From Octopus vulgaris (lineage: Eukaryota), in NCBI GenBank assembly GCA_951406725.2, contig OX597824.1, positions 17,794,001 through 17,858,000 on the forward strand: a stretch of DNA of 64,000 nt, written 5' to 3'. The notes below the pieces were generated by a model, which saw nothing but the letters and a program-made list of their open reading frames with translations, had not been told where the DNA came from and ran no database searches. Shown piece after piece: positions 27,534-42,895 of the stretch; position 1 is the stretch's first letter; every line of letters begins with the position of its first letter. A program made the translations under genes and the position numbers.

Positions 27534-28729
27534 ACTCGCTCATTATTCGAAAAGTAAACGAAAGAAAAAAATTCCAACGTCACGAAATGTCCTCCACTAC
27601 AGCTTTCACCAACACCACCACCACCACCAACACCGCTGCCACCACCACCATCACCAACATCAAACCACCACGATCGAGACTAACACCACCACCACCACCA
27701 CCATCACTACCACCATCACCACCACCACCATAGCTATTGCCATCGCTGCCGCCGTTGATCTCAAAAAAGCATCTCGCAACCTCACCAAATTATTGGCCTC
27801 TTATCTCGTAACCTTCTCCACCGCCATCACGCCGACCACTACCGCCACCATCACATCTTCCCTCGTAAATACACACGCATACGTACGTACACACATACTA
27901 TATACGTCCTATTCCACATACCACTCCCTTTACATACATTACACAGTCATCGTATATTATTTCTTTACCGTCAGTCCTTTCATTAGAAATATATTGTCTC
28001 CGTTAAAACCAATGCCTCGCGGCTGAGTGATTGAATGTATACTGTTGGAGATTGAAGCTTTCGTCAGCTTTACAGGAGGACATATCAGCTAACACAAAAC
28101 GCCATACATGTACACACACAAACACACACACACACACGTACAAATACACACACATATACACAAATACACATGCTCACATACTTAGGCAAAATACACACAG
28201 AATCACTCTGGCACACGCATTCAAAACATTGATAATTAAACATCCAACTAAACGCTTTAACAGAAACTTCTCAATGAAATCACGAAGCTCACACATGAAT
28301 CTTCTACACACATACACACCCAAGCGCGTGCATGTAACATACTACACACGCACACACAGAGAGGCACAAACACCCCTCCACACACACACACACATACAAA
28401 ATCACTCAGATCCAACGTCTTATCGCATATACACTTTCACCAATATTTATATTAACAAAAACGTGTGTACTTCTTCAGATAGAAATCACGCAAGCGCACA
28501 ACTTACAATCAACGAGAAGAACCCGCTTCCATACATACTTACGTGCGTATTTACGTTAACGTAAATTTATATAAACAGAACCGGCTGACTAGTAAATATA
28601 ACATACTCCACGCAAACGTATGTATATGTAAGCATGTGTTGACATTAATATAAAACTTGCATATTTAAAAAGAGGAAAACAAAACTCATATAAAAAAACA
28701 CTTCGATAAAATATATCGTAATTACGCGG

Positions 28730-28887
28730 ATGTGTGGTAAGTAGCTTGCTAACCAAGCACATGGTTCCGGGTTCAGTCCCACTGCGTGGCATCTTGGGCA
28801 AGTGCCTTCTGCTATAGCCCCGGGCCGACCAATGCCTTGTGAGTGGATTTGGTAGACGGAAACTGAAAGAAGCCTGTCGTATATATG

Positions 28888-28918
<31 letters not shown>

Positions 28919-29130
28919 TTGTGTGTCTGTGTTTGTCCCCCTAGCATTGCTTGACAACCGATGCTGGTGTGTTTACGTCCCGGTCACTTAGCGGTTCAGC
29001 AAAAGAGACCGATAGAATAAGTACTGGGCTTACAAAGAATAAATCCCGGGGTCGATTTGCTCGACTAAAAGGCGGTGCTCCAGCATGGCCGCAGTCAAAT
29101 GACTGAAACAAGTAAAAGAGTAAAAGAGTA
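28730..29130 (+). mobile_element. SINE family B
   Basis: Near full-length family B sequence. Confidence 0.85.
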
Positions 29131-29334
29131 TACACACGCACATATATACATACAGGCACACAAACGCACGCATATGGACACTAATAGTATATATACGCTT
29201 GCATGTACACAACATATAAATATAAGCAAAGGCACATACAGTCGCTCACAGACACATACACACATACAAAAGAAAATTAGTTTTAAGTATGAGAAAAGGA
29301 AAGAATAAAAAACAAACAAAATGGTGTTAATGAT

Positions 29335-29902
29335 GCTTTTCTACTCTAGGCACAAGGCCCGAAATTTGGGGGAAAGGTGGCCAATCGATTAGATCGAATC
29401 CAGTACGCAACTGGTATTTAATTTATGGACAACGAAAGGATGAAAGGCAAAGTCGATCTCGGCGGAATTTGAACTCAGAACGTAGCGGCAGACGAAATAC
29501 CTATTTCTTTACTAAACACAGAGAGGACAAACAAGGGCAGACAAATGAATTAAGTCCATTAGATTGAACCCAGTACGCAACTGGTTCTAAATTTATCGAT
29601 CCCGAAGGGATGAAAGCAAAGTCGACCTCGGCGGAATTTGAACTCAGAACGTAGCGGCAGACGAAATACCTATTTCTTTACTACCCACAAGGGGCTAAAC
29701 ACAGAGAGGACAAACAAGGACAGACAAATGAATTAAGTCGATTAGATTGAACCCAGTACGCAACTGGTACTTAATTTATCGACTCCGAAAGGATGAAAGG
29801 CAAAGTCGACCTCGGCGGAATTTGAACTCAGAGCATAAAGACAGATGAAATACCGCTAAGCATTTTGCAAGGCGTGCTAACGTTTCTGCCAGCACGCCGC
29901 CT
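29335..29902 (-). mobile_element. SINE A with three tandem internal units
   Basis: Three repeats of gaaag.caaagtcga.ctcggcggaatttgaactcaga. Confidence 0.85.
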
Positions 29903-30731
29903 TAAATGCTTTAAACGATGAAAGAAAATGAAAACAAATACAAACTCAGCATACACACGAGTACATACACGCTCACACATGCATATAAGCACACACATGC
30001 ACACGCGCATACACACACGTATAATTTATACTAAGCAAAGGACCCCTAACTCATTGATTAAGACACCGTCGGTACGCTGAAACATGAGATATCTAGGACA
30101 TTTCAGAGCCGACCGGAGCCCATCCTTCTCCGATCTGCGTGCAGCCGCTTTCAGATAAATAAATATAATTGTTATTATATAGGCAGCAGAAGAAAGACAG
30201 GGGCAATAAAAGGGTGGGGAATGAATCTCAGTTCAGGCTTGCTACGAAATTTCTCGAAACCTAGAGGGAAGAACGATAAAGTTGACCTCGGTGTCATTTG
30301 AACCCAGAGCAGAAAGTCCCCAAACGATTATCGTAAAACAGTCTAATCCAACGGCCTAACGTCTTTGCTAATACACATACGCTCTCATATACGCATACAC
30401 TCATACGTGCGCGCACTGAAACACACGTATGCATAGACAGACACAGACATGCGCCCGCACACTCACATGCACACACACACACACGCACACATACATAAAT
30501 ATACCTATCGACATGCATATTTATATATGCAAATTTGTGTAAGTTTTTATGTACGTATATAATTTTGTTTGTGCCGGATCACCTTCAGTGCTACAAGTAA
30601 TATTCAAGTCAGAACTTCCCGTGTGAGTGATCCATTGCTGAGCCCTCGAGTAAACCTACCAAGCCTCTTGGTATGGACGAGGTTTTCCGTTGGTCACCGT
30701 ATAGGACGAAAAGCAAACCTGGAAAATCACT

Positions 30732-30803
30732 GCGCCATATGCCCGTGGTTAAGAGCTAAGATTTCGAGTTCGATTCTAGGCAGTGACCTGAATAATAATA
30801 ATC

Positions 30804-30853
<50 letters not shown>

Positions 30854-31396
30854 CAAATGTAAATGCCCTGATGCAGTACCCGACAGTGGTTCTCATGGCT
30901 TCTGATCTTAACTGATTGGAAGTATTATCATGTACATTGTTTTGTCTTGCTATAAAAGATGGGCTACAGCAAATATTCTGCTCAAAACCACAGATTTGCT
31001 TGTCAGTTGTTTGACCATAACCAGCTGAGCATGTCCCTTAGTGGCTGACGATATGTGCATCTCTGATCATGAGCAGAAGTAGTGGGGGAGCATCATAGTC
31101 GTGTGTTGAAATGAATTCTTAGAGCTTTCGATAATTCACCTTTGGAAACATGGGTGTTTCGTTCAACATCCTTAATCTTTATTCAGGGACCCTTTGAGCG
31201 GAATGGGCTACTCGACCAGAAGAAAATTCTAACAGGGATCCACCTGCAAGGTCATGCGCTGTTTATCTTGATATGAGATCACCATGTCGCGCAAATATTG
31301 TTGTGATGCATGTGCCAAGCGTACCCTTATCAGACGGGTAGTCATGGTGGGTATACTGGGCTTCGTATATTTTACCCCAGTGTCATTTTGATGGTT
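30732..31396 (+). mobile_element. probable SINE-like repeat (tRNA-like head, (AAT)n, long body)
   Basis: gtggttaagagc...gagttcgattc (A/B-box-like), then (aat)n and a ~530-bp body. Single copy in this window. Confidence 0.45.
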
Positions 31397-31684
31397 GTGA
31401 GCACAACGATCTAACTACTGAGCCGTGAACTTTCACGGGTATTATACGAAGCCGTAAATTAATCAATCTATCTCTGAGCCAACAAACCCAGCTAACATAT
31501 TTAGACTCGGTTAACCTTCAAGTGTACCCTAAGAAAAGTCTAAAGTGGAATGACTCTTTTACGTCTAATTTACTCAGTCATGTCCTTTTAGCTTGTAAAT
31601 GTTTAAATTCGAGATGAACTAGGTGGCGATTCGTGATGCCGTCTAATTCTTGAATACTCCTTTTGATTAGGGTAGAATTATACA

Positions 31685-31895
31685 TTTCTACTCTAGGCAC
31701 AAGGTCTGAAAATTTACGGGAGGGGGCCAGTTAATTAGACCGATCCCAGTACGCAACTGATACTTAATTTATCGATTCCGAAAGGATGAAAGGTAAAGTC
31801 GATCTCGGCGGAATTTGAACTCAGAACGTAAAGTCAGACAAAGTAGCGCTAAACATTTCGCCCGGCGTGCTAAGACTTCTGCCATATAGCAGCCT
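31685..31895 (-). mobile_element. SINE family A
   Basis: Family A head and body with tail ggccccctccc..ccttgtgcctagagtag. Confidence 0.8.
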
Positions 31896-31954
31896 TTAGA
31901 CAGAATTATAACTACCTTTGTTAGTGATTGTTTTTTTTAGCTTCCTTCCTTCCT

Positions 31955-32040
<86 letters not shown>

Positions 32041-32052
<12 letters not shown>

Positions 32053-32432
32053 TAAGGTTGTGTGTCTGTCTCCTACGATTTAGATTCCTAACTACTCCCA
32101 CATTTTGCGGTGCAGTTTAACCAAAACCGGGTATCTGATAGTCGTGATTCATATCGAGCCCTTCTGGGTATTAGCGCGCGTCTACAATGAGTCTACGATT
32201 TTAAAAAGAATTTACCATCATTTTTTTCCATTTTAATGCATTTTCGCTATCATATAAGGGAAGTAACTCTCTAAAAATGTCTACGATGAGTCATCGAGTT
32301 TTAAAAAAAATTACCATAATTTGTTTTCCATTTTTAATGCATTTTTTTGCTATTTTTTGGCTATAACTCTCTAAAAATGCTTATATAGTTATTTCCCTTA
32401 CAAATCCGAGCAACACCGGGCGATACTGCTAG
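32041..32432 (+). mobile_element. non-autonomous Helitron (family H1)
   Basis: Homologous to 60546-60942; 3' hairpin plus CTAG at 32429-32432. Confidence 0.8.
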
Positions 32433-33084
32433 TTTATATATATATATATGTTATAAGGTGACTATAAGTGTTTCTTTTCACAATATCTTAGGTATTTCGT
32501 GTATCTGAGTTTTGTCATTTAATACTTTTGTTTTTCTAATATATTTTATGTACGTCAAATCGTAATACGGCAAGATATGCATATATATATATATATATAT
32601 AGTTGTCTCTTCGTATGTGTGTGCATACACACACACGCGCGGGCACATACACACACATATATACATATGTATATAAATATACATATATAAGGCTTTCACT
32701 ATTAGTCCGTCAATTTAACACCACGGGAAATCTCCTCAAAAATAAGATATATCGTCAGTCATACGCATAAAGACTTACACACATGTATAAATACTCATGT
32801 GCCTATATGTATATATATATATATGTATATGTATGTATATGTATATGTATGTATATGTATATGTATGTATATTCACATACACACTCACGCACAGGCACAC
32901 ACACACACACACACAACATGTATATATACATATAGGCCCGCTTCTTATATCGCAAGCGTGGTGGAGAAACTACGTTATTTATTACCATTACATCCATCTG
33001 ACACTGATATTCTTTCTATCCTTATTGAACAAACAATACATCTTTCGAAATGAACAAATCAAATACCTACTCTGCTACGTCAGT

Positions 33085-33650
33085 CACCAGTAGGCTTTCG
33101 CCCTCAAGATACTTAGCGAACTTAAGAATAGTTTCCTTCCATCACGAGCAAAGCAATCGACCGTATCTGGCACGCAAACGCATTGGAAATACAGCCCACC
33201 TATGGGCTACTTTTGTTTCTTGTTTCTGAGATCGGTAGCTTCCTGTTAAGTTTCCCCATCGCTGCGGAGGTCCTTCTGACCTATATTCTCTCATATTCAT
33301 GTGCCCCAGAATTCGGTTATGTCTCCCACACTCTTCCCTCAATGCATCAAGACCTACACACTCGGCAATTCCAACAATGACTATTATAAAGAAGTTCGTG
33401 CTGCTCTTTATTTCATCGTAATATTTCCAACTCAGAAACCAACCACAAACTTCCTGGATACTTCAAGCAAAATCTCTACTGAGTCTTATGATTAGAAACC
33501 ACGCAAACTTCATCTAACATGGCCATGGCACTGTTTTCTTCATGAACGACATGGAATCACAACGGATTCTCATATCAAGAAAATCGCACTGCTTCCACTA
33601 ACATAAATATCCCACAGCAACAACAGTCGAGATATCACCAAATTCTAGTT
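33085..33650 (+). pseudogene. Jockey/CR1-type LINE RT remnant
   Basis: SKAIDRIWHA (ISKAFDRVWH-like) and HVPQNSVMSPTLF (GVPQGSVLSP-like). Confidence 0.65.
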
Positions 33651-33721
33651 CTTGCTCTCTCCAAGAGTCTATACTGTCAACACACAATTCATGAATTTTA
33701 GCACAAGCTGCCTCATGAAAT

Positions 33722-34124
33722 TTTTTTTTTTTCTTTTTGAGGAAGCACTCCGTCGGTTACGACGATGAAGGTTCCGGTTGATCCGAATCAACGGAACAGC
33801 CTGCTCATGAAATTAACGTGTAAGTGGCTGAGCACTCCACAGACACGTGCATCCTTAACGTAGTTCTCGGGGATATTCAGCGTGACATAGAGAGTGACAA
33901 GGCCGGCCCCTTGAAATACAGGTACAACAGAAACAGGAAGTAAGAGCGAGAGAAAGTTGTGGTGAAAGAGTACAGCAGGGATTACCACCATCCCCTGCCG
34001 GAGCCTCGTGGAGCTTTAGGTGTTTTCGCTCAATAAACACTCCCAACGCCCGGTCTGGGAATCGAAACCGCGATCCTATGACCGCGAGTCCGCTGCCCTA
34101 ACCACTGGGCCATTACGCCTCCAC
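33722..34124 (-). mobile_element. full-length tRNA-headed SINE (family E) with A-rich tail and 12-bp TSD
   Basis: Head tggcccagtggttagggc...ggtttcgattccc. TSD gcctcatgaaat at 33710-33721 and 34125-34136. Confidence 0.85.
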
Positions 34125-35125
34125 GCCTCATGAAATACTGTCATCAGTCCTTGGTAACCCTACTCCTAATAATCTTGATCTTACAAATACTAATATACAA
34201 ATGTCAAGTGAGGTCGACGACAGAAGGAATTGCAGCTGATTTACGAACAGATAACTTAGTCTACTTGCAAAGAATGCTTGATTACCTTGAAATTTTACAA
34301 TAAATATATTCCGACCGCTAAACCATAGATGTTGTGGCCTCGCCTCAGCTTTTCTGATTTTTATACCACTTACCATAACTTTTGATTCTCTGATGCTATA
34401 TTACCGTAGATGGCATAATTTGCAAACCTGTAATTACATAAATACTGGATTCTAATATGAATGATGTTTATATCCTGGTTACTGAATTTTCAAATTATTG
34501 AAACGCATAAACACGATGCAAAACAGGAAATTATTTACGAGATCATATATAACCAGATGCACAAGAGCCAAAAACGTATTTAAGGTTTCTCGACCATATG
34601 AAGTAGCGATGCATTTAAAAACGAAATACATTGATAAATTTTTATATAATATTCTTTTGTTAGTTTAGCATTTTACTGGGTCATGTCAGGAAAACGCAGC
34701 TATGTTATTGTTCAGAATATATATTTCAGTCCGGTAACTTACATTATCTTTATTACATTTTATATCATTGACCTGGTGCTTAAAGCGATGTCTCGGTTAT
34801 GAATATTTTAGCATTTTCTCTGCTGTGCATAGTTTGCAATTTTTGCTTCCATTTTTAACACTAGAACACAGAAGAGAACAAATAAGAAAAAAAAACTGAC
34901 TCACAGAAAGATACATATCTGAGCTGATTAACAAATAATATCGAACATATGAGAAAATATTGAAATTGACGCAAATATGTAGATTAATATGTTTATATTT
35001 ATAAACATAAAAATAGCACATGTATAATGCCGCGAGCTACCAACACGTGTTCAAACATATATGAAAAGAAAACTTGGAAATTTTATGAGCAAAAGTTGCT
35101 GCAACCATTCCATCTCATTCTAATA

Positions 35126-35503
35126 CACTACCGTCAGAAATTAATTAGCACCCTTGATTTGCTCTTCACTCAATGTATGTGCTGTCACCTAGTGGCCATA
35201 TCTCGAACTATTACTTTGTTGCGAGTTCACTGTTGCGCAGAACGATGACGTAACTTTGTTTGCAGAGCAGTTTGAGAGTCTACAGCCTTATGATGTTGAC
35301 ATAGCAGTGCAACAACAACTTGGAGTGCGGATGCAGACAAATTCCTTTGTTTAATAGATATAGGTAGCGCCTCGCAAGGACCGAAATCACACCATACTAA
35401 GTTTTCTCATCGCGTAAGACGTTTTGAACAGCTCATAGGTTAATTGATTTAACCTATTTAATGTAGAAATTTGAGAAGTGCTAATTAATTTCTGACGCAA
35501 GTG
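35126..35503. mobile_element. Tc1-like MITE
   Basis: TIRs cactaccgtcagaaattaattagcac / gtgctaattaatttctgacgcaagtg with TA on both sides. Confidence 0.75.
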
Positions 35504-36024
35504 TATATCAAGATGTGAATTATTCCCTCTTGATTTTCTCAGTTGTTCAATATAAAGATGCTTGTAAATGCAGAGATTCTGTTGTTTAACCGTTAGATAC
35601 ATCTTACTTTGTGTTAACAGATATTTGATACACCGATAGAGTGAAAAGTGTAATAGTTGATTCAGGAACGGGTTTTGACTATTTTTATACATTTTCTAAT
35701 TCAGTCACTGGAGAGAGGTCATACTGGGACACTACCTTGAAGATGTTTGGTGGAACAGAGAGATTCCAGTGTTTATGTTTACGTTTGCCGAACCGCTAGA
35801 TATGAGAATGAAACGTAATCAGAAACGGTGCATCGGTGACAACGACTATTGAAGAGGTGGCAAGAGGCAACGGAAATTTCAGAAAAAATAAATAAGTAAA
35901 TGAGTGGAACCGATGAGTGTGTTAAATAATAAGTCACCACAAGAGAATGACTCTCCCCAGACACAATATAATGCATACATGTATGTATGTATGTATGTAC
36001 GTATGTATGTATGTATTATGTATG

Positions 36025-36087
<63 letters not shown>

Positions 36088-36230
36088 ACATAAATAGATA
36101 GATAGAGAGAGAGATAGAAACAAGTATTAAGAATCTAACCAAAATCGAAATTCGATTCTGGCTCTATAAGCGCGAGCACGCGCATGAACACACAGACACA
36201 CACATTTACAAACATAAGTATGTATATGTA

Positions 36231-36289
<59 letters not shown>

Positions 36290-36293
<4 letters not shown>

Positions 36294-36475
36294 AGAGTTT
36301 ACGAAAAAAAACAAAAGACGAAGACAGGTGGTATACAAAACAAACAGATGTATTTGTATAACGCTCAGGAATAGAAGAAGTCCTTTACGTTCTCGAGACT
36401 ACGCTCTTCTACAGAAAGGGACACAGAAAAAACAAGGAGAGAAAAAAATGTGTGTAGTGACTAAAGATCTATAGA
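36290..36475 (-). mobile_element. family P repeat (degenerate HHR-like motif 36383-36418)
   Basis: Reverse complement cttt-CTGTAGA-a-gagc gtag tctc-gagaa-cgta-aagg; abuts (TA)n. Confidence 0.65.
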
Positions 36476-37064
36476 GAATGAAAGATAGATGATTCAGAGG
36501 CACAGATGCAGATTGGGGCTCTTAACATTGCCCTTCAAATTGCTAACACTTCAAAAGTTCTGATCAATCGGGTGCTTCATTTCGCGATAGTCGCCCATAG
36601 TTCTCCGTCGTGAGATTGATCCCAAACACCGTTTAGAAGGCGAGTGCTTGAATATCACCGCTAAATGTTCGGCTCCTTATGTATTTCTCCTACTTTCTTT
36701 TATACATCCATATAATTATCTCATAAAACCATAGTTGCATATTGTAGGATTTAAACTGTGCAGAAAGCTAACACATTTTCGTTAGAAATCTATCACTTTC
36801 ATAAATAATATAGTGTTGCCATTTTTTTCTACTTTCAACGCATGAGAGCTTATGAAAAATAAAGTACTAATTTGGTGGGAGTTAGAAGATAACTACACCG
36901 GAATCTATTTAAAATTGATTATACACAGAAAGAAGATAAAGTGTCCTACCACATGTATTAGTTGTGAATCTCGAAATACCTACACGTACGTTTATACAAA
37001 CGTATGCACATATGCTGATAAACGTAAGCATTATTCAACACATACACACACATATATATATATA

Positions 37065-37105
<41 letters not shown>

Positions 37106-37152
37106 TATTCATATATATATATGAGCATATATATATATAATATTCACATATT

Positions 37153-37184
<32 letters not shown>

Positions 37185-37948
37185 ATGTATATATATATGT
37201 GTGTGTATGTTTTTGCGCGTGTGTGTTCCCCCACCTGTCTTCGTCTTATTTTCTGTAAATTGGAATTACACACACATATATATACATACATACATACATA
37301 CATACATAAATATGTGTGAATATATAATCACACACACAAACACATATGAATGACAGATATATGTTTGGGCGTTCATTTCAGTATTTATGGGCACCTATGT
37401 GTGCGTTTGCATGTATATGAATGTGTATGCATGAGTTTGTGTATGAGAGATTATATACACTAAGTTATTTCGTATGATATAATCAATGAGCGATTTGAAA
37501 ATCAGGATGGAATGATGAAAAGTAAATTAAAGCTTTGACAAAGAGGCAAATAATATAAGGTTGTAAAGACAAGGCAAATTATCAAGCTGTTAAGTCATAC
37601 GGTTATTATGAAGGAACGAAATATATTCTAATATATCACAAGAGAAGCAGAAAAAAAATATATATATGAGAAAAAAATGTGATCTTTTATCACAAAATAA
37701 GTGAACTTTTTCAATATATTTTTGAATTGAAGCCAACTGTAAAATCATTAACAAAAAACAGCTTAAGAAAGAAGCAAAAGAAAAAAAAAGAAAAAGGACC
37801 GAAAAAACGTATGAGCACATATTGTTGATCACGTAGGAATAGGTGAGCTGTGATGAAATAATAAATAAAAAATTAAATGGATAAATAACTTAAGCTGCTA
37901 CGCACCCTTAAATAATGCCCAAAAAAACATTATATATATATATGCCAA

Positions 37949-37983
<35 letters not shown>

Positions 37984-38160
37984 CAGAAGAATATACAGGA
38001 GAGAGAATATAAGTATACATTACGAGTAAAAGTTCCAAATGTATGTGTGTGTCTTTGTGCGTACATGTATATATATATATATATATAGTTATGACAATAT
38101 TAGTTAGATTATATATATATACATATATATATATACATATATATATGTAAATATATATAT

Positions 38161-38196
<36 letters not shown>

Positions 38197-39425
38197 GTAA
38201 ATATATATATATACATGTAAGTACACACATGAATTTACATTTATGCATATATATATAGGCATATAAACAGACACACACACACTAATACATATATATACAC
38301 AACGACATTATATATATATATATATATATAGTGAGAGAGAGAGAGGGAGAGAGAGGACAGAGAGATACACATATATGAATCTGTATATGTTTGTGCGTGC
38401 ATAAGTAAGTATGTATGTATACATACAAAGAAAGAGTGAGTGAGATTGAGTAAGAGGGAGAGAAAGAGAAATAGTCATAAATTCGTTTTTTCTTTCTTGT
38501 TTTTGCTTTCTACACTATTCTAATTTATATATAATTCTTCTGTACAGCCATATATTTATCTAGTGTAAATATGTGACTCAATTTCTCTCTGTCTTCCATT
38601 TTCTTCTTCTTGCACTTCGTTGCATTTATCTAACACCGTCTATCTAGAAATGTGAGTGCATATATGTGTGTGAATTTGTTTTTGCAAACATTTTTTTTTT
38701 TTAATAAATTCTTCTATTATCTTACATGTTTCTATTGTGATTCTTCAAATCGTTTTGCTTCTTCTCTAATTCTCTTTAGAATCGGGAACAATACAGGTTT
38801 GCTCCCTCCAAGAATATATGAATAAAGGTAAAAGTGAAGCAAAAAAAAAAAAAAAAATGTGAAAAAAATAACCAAACAAAAAATACAGTGATTAAAAAAT
38901 GGTTAAATGTGTAATCATGACAATAACTTTTTGAAAGAAGTTCTTAAATACACCAGGACTTGTGTGTGTTTATATGCATGCACATGTAGGTTTGTGTCTG
39001 ACTGTATGCACATGTACTTTCGCACATGCACCGGTGCAGAATATATTATATATGTGTGTGTGCGTGTGGATGTATATGTATATATACACACATATAAATA
39101 TGTATATATATGTGTGTGTGCATGTGCATACATGTTGGTATGCTGTGTTTGTATGCGTATTTTTCTATATGTATGTGTGCATGTGTGTTTATATGTATGT
39201 GTGTATGTGTGTTTTATCTTCATTTATAAAAAAAGGAAATTCAGTGTTTTTGCAGTGAACCAGTAAAATGTCTTTTTATTCTTTATAGCAGTAAATCTAT
39301 ATTAACTGGCGAAGTGGCATTAACACGCTTGTATATATACATATACAAAAGCATATATATATATATATATATATATAGTTAGATAGATATATAGATAAAT
39401 AGATATAGATAGATATATAGATAGT

Positions 39426-39456
<31 letters not shown>

Positions 39457-39983
39457 ATAGATAGATGCATAGATTGATAGACATACACACACATACATAT
39501 ATATATACAAATATTATGTATTGTATATACATATATATATTATATATTATAATATATTATATGTATTATATAAACATATATGTCATGAATTATATATATA
39601 CATATAAGTGTGTGTATATATATATATATATGTTTGTATATATGTATGTTTGTATGTATGTTATGCATTATATATATAGGTGTGTGTGTGTGTGTGTTTG
39701 TGAATGTGTGTCTATGTATGAGGTGAAAGAAATGTGAAGTTAACAATTGTTAACTTGACAATGTTTCATTTATTTCATTTTATTTTGATCTCTATCTCTT
39801 TCTCTCTCTCGCTGACTCTTTCTCATTCACTCTCTGTCTTTTGGGTATACTTTCAACATGAGAAGGAAAATAAACTTTTTTTTAAAAAACAGTAATCTAA
39901 TGATGAGATGATAACAAATACATTGGCTTACACAAAGACCAAGGTACACAATCACAAACACTAACACTTACACACACACACAT

Positions 39984-40020
<37 letters not shown>

Positions 40021-40839
40021 GTCACGTACAGTTAAGTATAATCAAAGAAAACTGTTTTGTACATATTACATACATTGATACACACCTTCCTTGTCTTGCA
40101 TGGAAAGAAAACGGAAGGCAACGAAAAAAAAATGATGTTAGAATTTCTTTTTTTATTTTTGCTGTATCAACATCAACATCAGTCCCGACACCAACATAAG
40201 ATGGTAAAAGAAAAAAAAAAAAAAAACCAGAAGAACCGGGAACATAATTATAGAAAGAAGAAAATTCTGAGACAATTTTGAAGTAAATATTTCATGCATT
40301 CAGTGAATATATTTTTTGAAAATGATTTTATCCCATCATTGTTATTATTAATGGTATAAAAACTCAGTACGACTTACTTTGTCATTAAATAAGAAATATG
40401 TACATCTTAAGTTTAGTGTGGCAATTGTTTGATGGAATGTATTACGCTAAGCCGTGTAAAAATGCATTGTGTAAAACGATTTCATGGCGCGATGTAATAT
40501 TAAATAACTTAACAGTTGATTATTGAAAACCACAGCAACAATAAATATAAGTTACATACGGCTACATACGCACATGATTGCCTACATATAAATTCTGGTT
40601 CATGTGCGCTCGAAGATCGCCTCCCTCACCTCCCAACAACATCACACCACACCACAATACACCATACCACACTACACATCACATCACAACACATTAACCA
40701 CACACCAGTACTGACCAATTCCCATCCCCACATTTTCACACATACACATACATACACGCACATGTCAAGACTACCAGCCCTCTTTCACACGCACATACAT
40801 AATCTCATACACACACGCACCTTCGTTTTGGGGGCCATC

Positions 40840-41075
40840 TTTACTTTGTTATCTCCCCTACTTCTTCGATCTCATGTGTGACCCTTCTGTCCGGTAGTCG
40901 CCACGATAGATCGGGAGCCACTACACACATTTTTTTCTCTCCTTGTTTTTTTTCTGTGCCCCTTTCTGTAGAAGAGCGTTGGCTCGAAACGTAAAAGACT
41001 TTTTCAATTACTGAGCGTTATACTAATACATATGTTTTCGTCTTTTGTTTTTTTCGTGAACTCTCCCCCTATATA
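40840..41075 (+). mobile_element. family P repeat (HHR-like motif 40962-40997)
   Basis: cttt-CTGTAGA-a-gagc gttg gctc-GAAA-cg-ta-aaag; colinear with the 8730-8970 copy. Confidence 0.7.
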
Positions 41076-41604
41076 TATTTTTTCTTGTGTTTTAATTGTT
41101 TCAATTCTTCTGTTAAGGAGAGAGATGAGTTCACTTCCCACAGCGAAACAAATGTCCATCGTTGGAACTTGAATGATAAAATGCTGAATTTCTAGTTTTA
41201 CGTGATACACATGGACTCGTGTTCCTGGGTGGTTACTCATCCTCATCTTGTGTTAATCACCAGCAAGTGATGAAAACTCACCTCAATCGCAAAATACTAT
41301 ATGCTTTTTCCAGCGACGAACCGTGGCCGATCTCGATAAAGTAGAATTAATCCATGTTAAATCTCTGAGCGAGATGTAAAGAGTAGTAATACGGAATCGT
41401 AACATAATTGCCAACTAAGCGTGGCGTCCTATACTGGACAGTGCTACTGAGATTGGTAGGATTTATAGATCGATATGTTCATGTATGTATGCATGTATGT
41501 ATGTATGTATGTATGTATGTATGTATGTATGTATGTATGTATGTATGTATGTATGTATGCACGTGTTTGTGTGCACATGCATGCATGTGATTGAATGTAT
41601 GTGT

Positions 41605-41828
41605 GAGCTGGCAGAATCGTTAGCACGCCAGGCGAAATGCTTTCGTTATTTCGTCTGCCGCTACGTTCTGAGTTCAAATTCCCCCAAGGTCACCTTTGCC
41701 TTTCATCCTTTCGGGGTCGATTAAATAAGTACCTGTTACGCACTGGGGTCGATGTAATAGACATACTCCTATGTCTGCCCTTGTTTGTTCCCTCTGTGTT
41801 CAGCTCCCAGTGGACAGTAAAGAAATAT
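41605..41828 (+). mobile_element. SINE family A monomer
   Basis: Head through aaagaaata. Confidence 0.8.
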
Positions 41829-42079
41829 GTATGTGTATGTTTAGGGTTTTCTGTTTACCTACACATCGTCGATCTACCTATAATGTATAACGTCACCGAG
41901 TAAACTTGTTTTTGTTCAGACTCTCTTTACTTGGGATAATGCATTGGTGTGCGATTTTATTGGTGCTCTTTTCAAACATATGTAATGATTTTATCATTTA
42001 CGGATTACGTTACGGGTCCCTGTAAAGTTTTCTCGGACTGAGCTTTGTATGATGAATGACAGAATATATATATTTACAT

Positions 42080-42225
42080 AGCTGGTTGTCTGATAAGAAG
42101 CTTGCTTCCCAATCACGTGGTTCCAGGTTAAGTCCCTCAATGTGTAACCTAAGGTCAATGTTTCCTAGGGTAGTTGTAGTAGGGTGGTTATGGTAGATGG
42201 AAACTGCAAAAATCCCGTCGTATGA

Positions 42226-42257
<32 letters not shown>

Positions 42258-42475
42258 GCATGAATCTTTGTGTCTGGGTTTGTCATCCACCACCGTTTGG
42301 CAACTGGTGTTGGTGTGTTTATCTCCTCATAACTTGGCAGTTTGAGAAAAGGGACTGATAGAATAAGTCTCAAGTTTCACAAAATATAAGTACTAGGGTT
42401 GATCCATTCGACTAAAGAAAGAAACATTCATGAAATCGGTGCCCCAGCATGGCCGCAGTCTAATGACTGAAACTA
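42080..42475 (+). mobile_element. old degenerate SINE B
   Basis: Diverged family B motifs. Confidence 0.65.
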
Positions 42476-42510
42476 GTGTGTATGTGTATGCATGTCTTTG
42501 TATATGTGTC

Positions 42511-42560
<50 letters not shown>

Positions 42561-42895
42561 TGAGTATGTTCATTTCTTTGTGTGTGCGTGCGTATGTGCG
42601 CGCGCGCACGCGTGTCAGTATTATTTTTAAGGAACAGTTTAACTCTAAGCAGATAAGATATAAATAAAAACCTTTAAAACCAGGGGTAAAATCGCTTTGG
42701 ATGGAAAAGGTGGGAGGATGCTGGAAGGATTCGAACCTAGAAATTCTGTAAACATGAAAGGTGTTTACTAGCCCAATAGTAACATGCTGATATTTATAGC
42801 CTTATGTACTTCAAGTTAAATCGTTAAAAAAAAAGGAATTTCATACATATATACATATTCGAACATATACATACATATAAATATATATGTATGTA

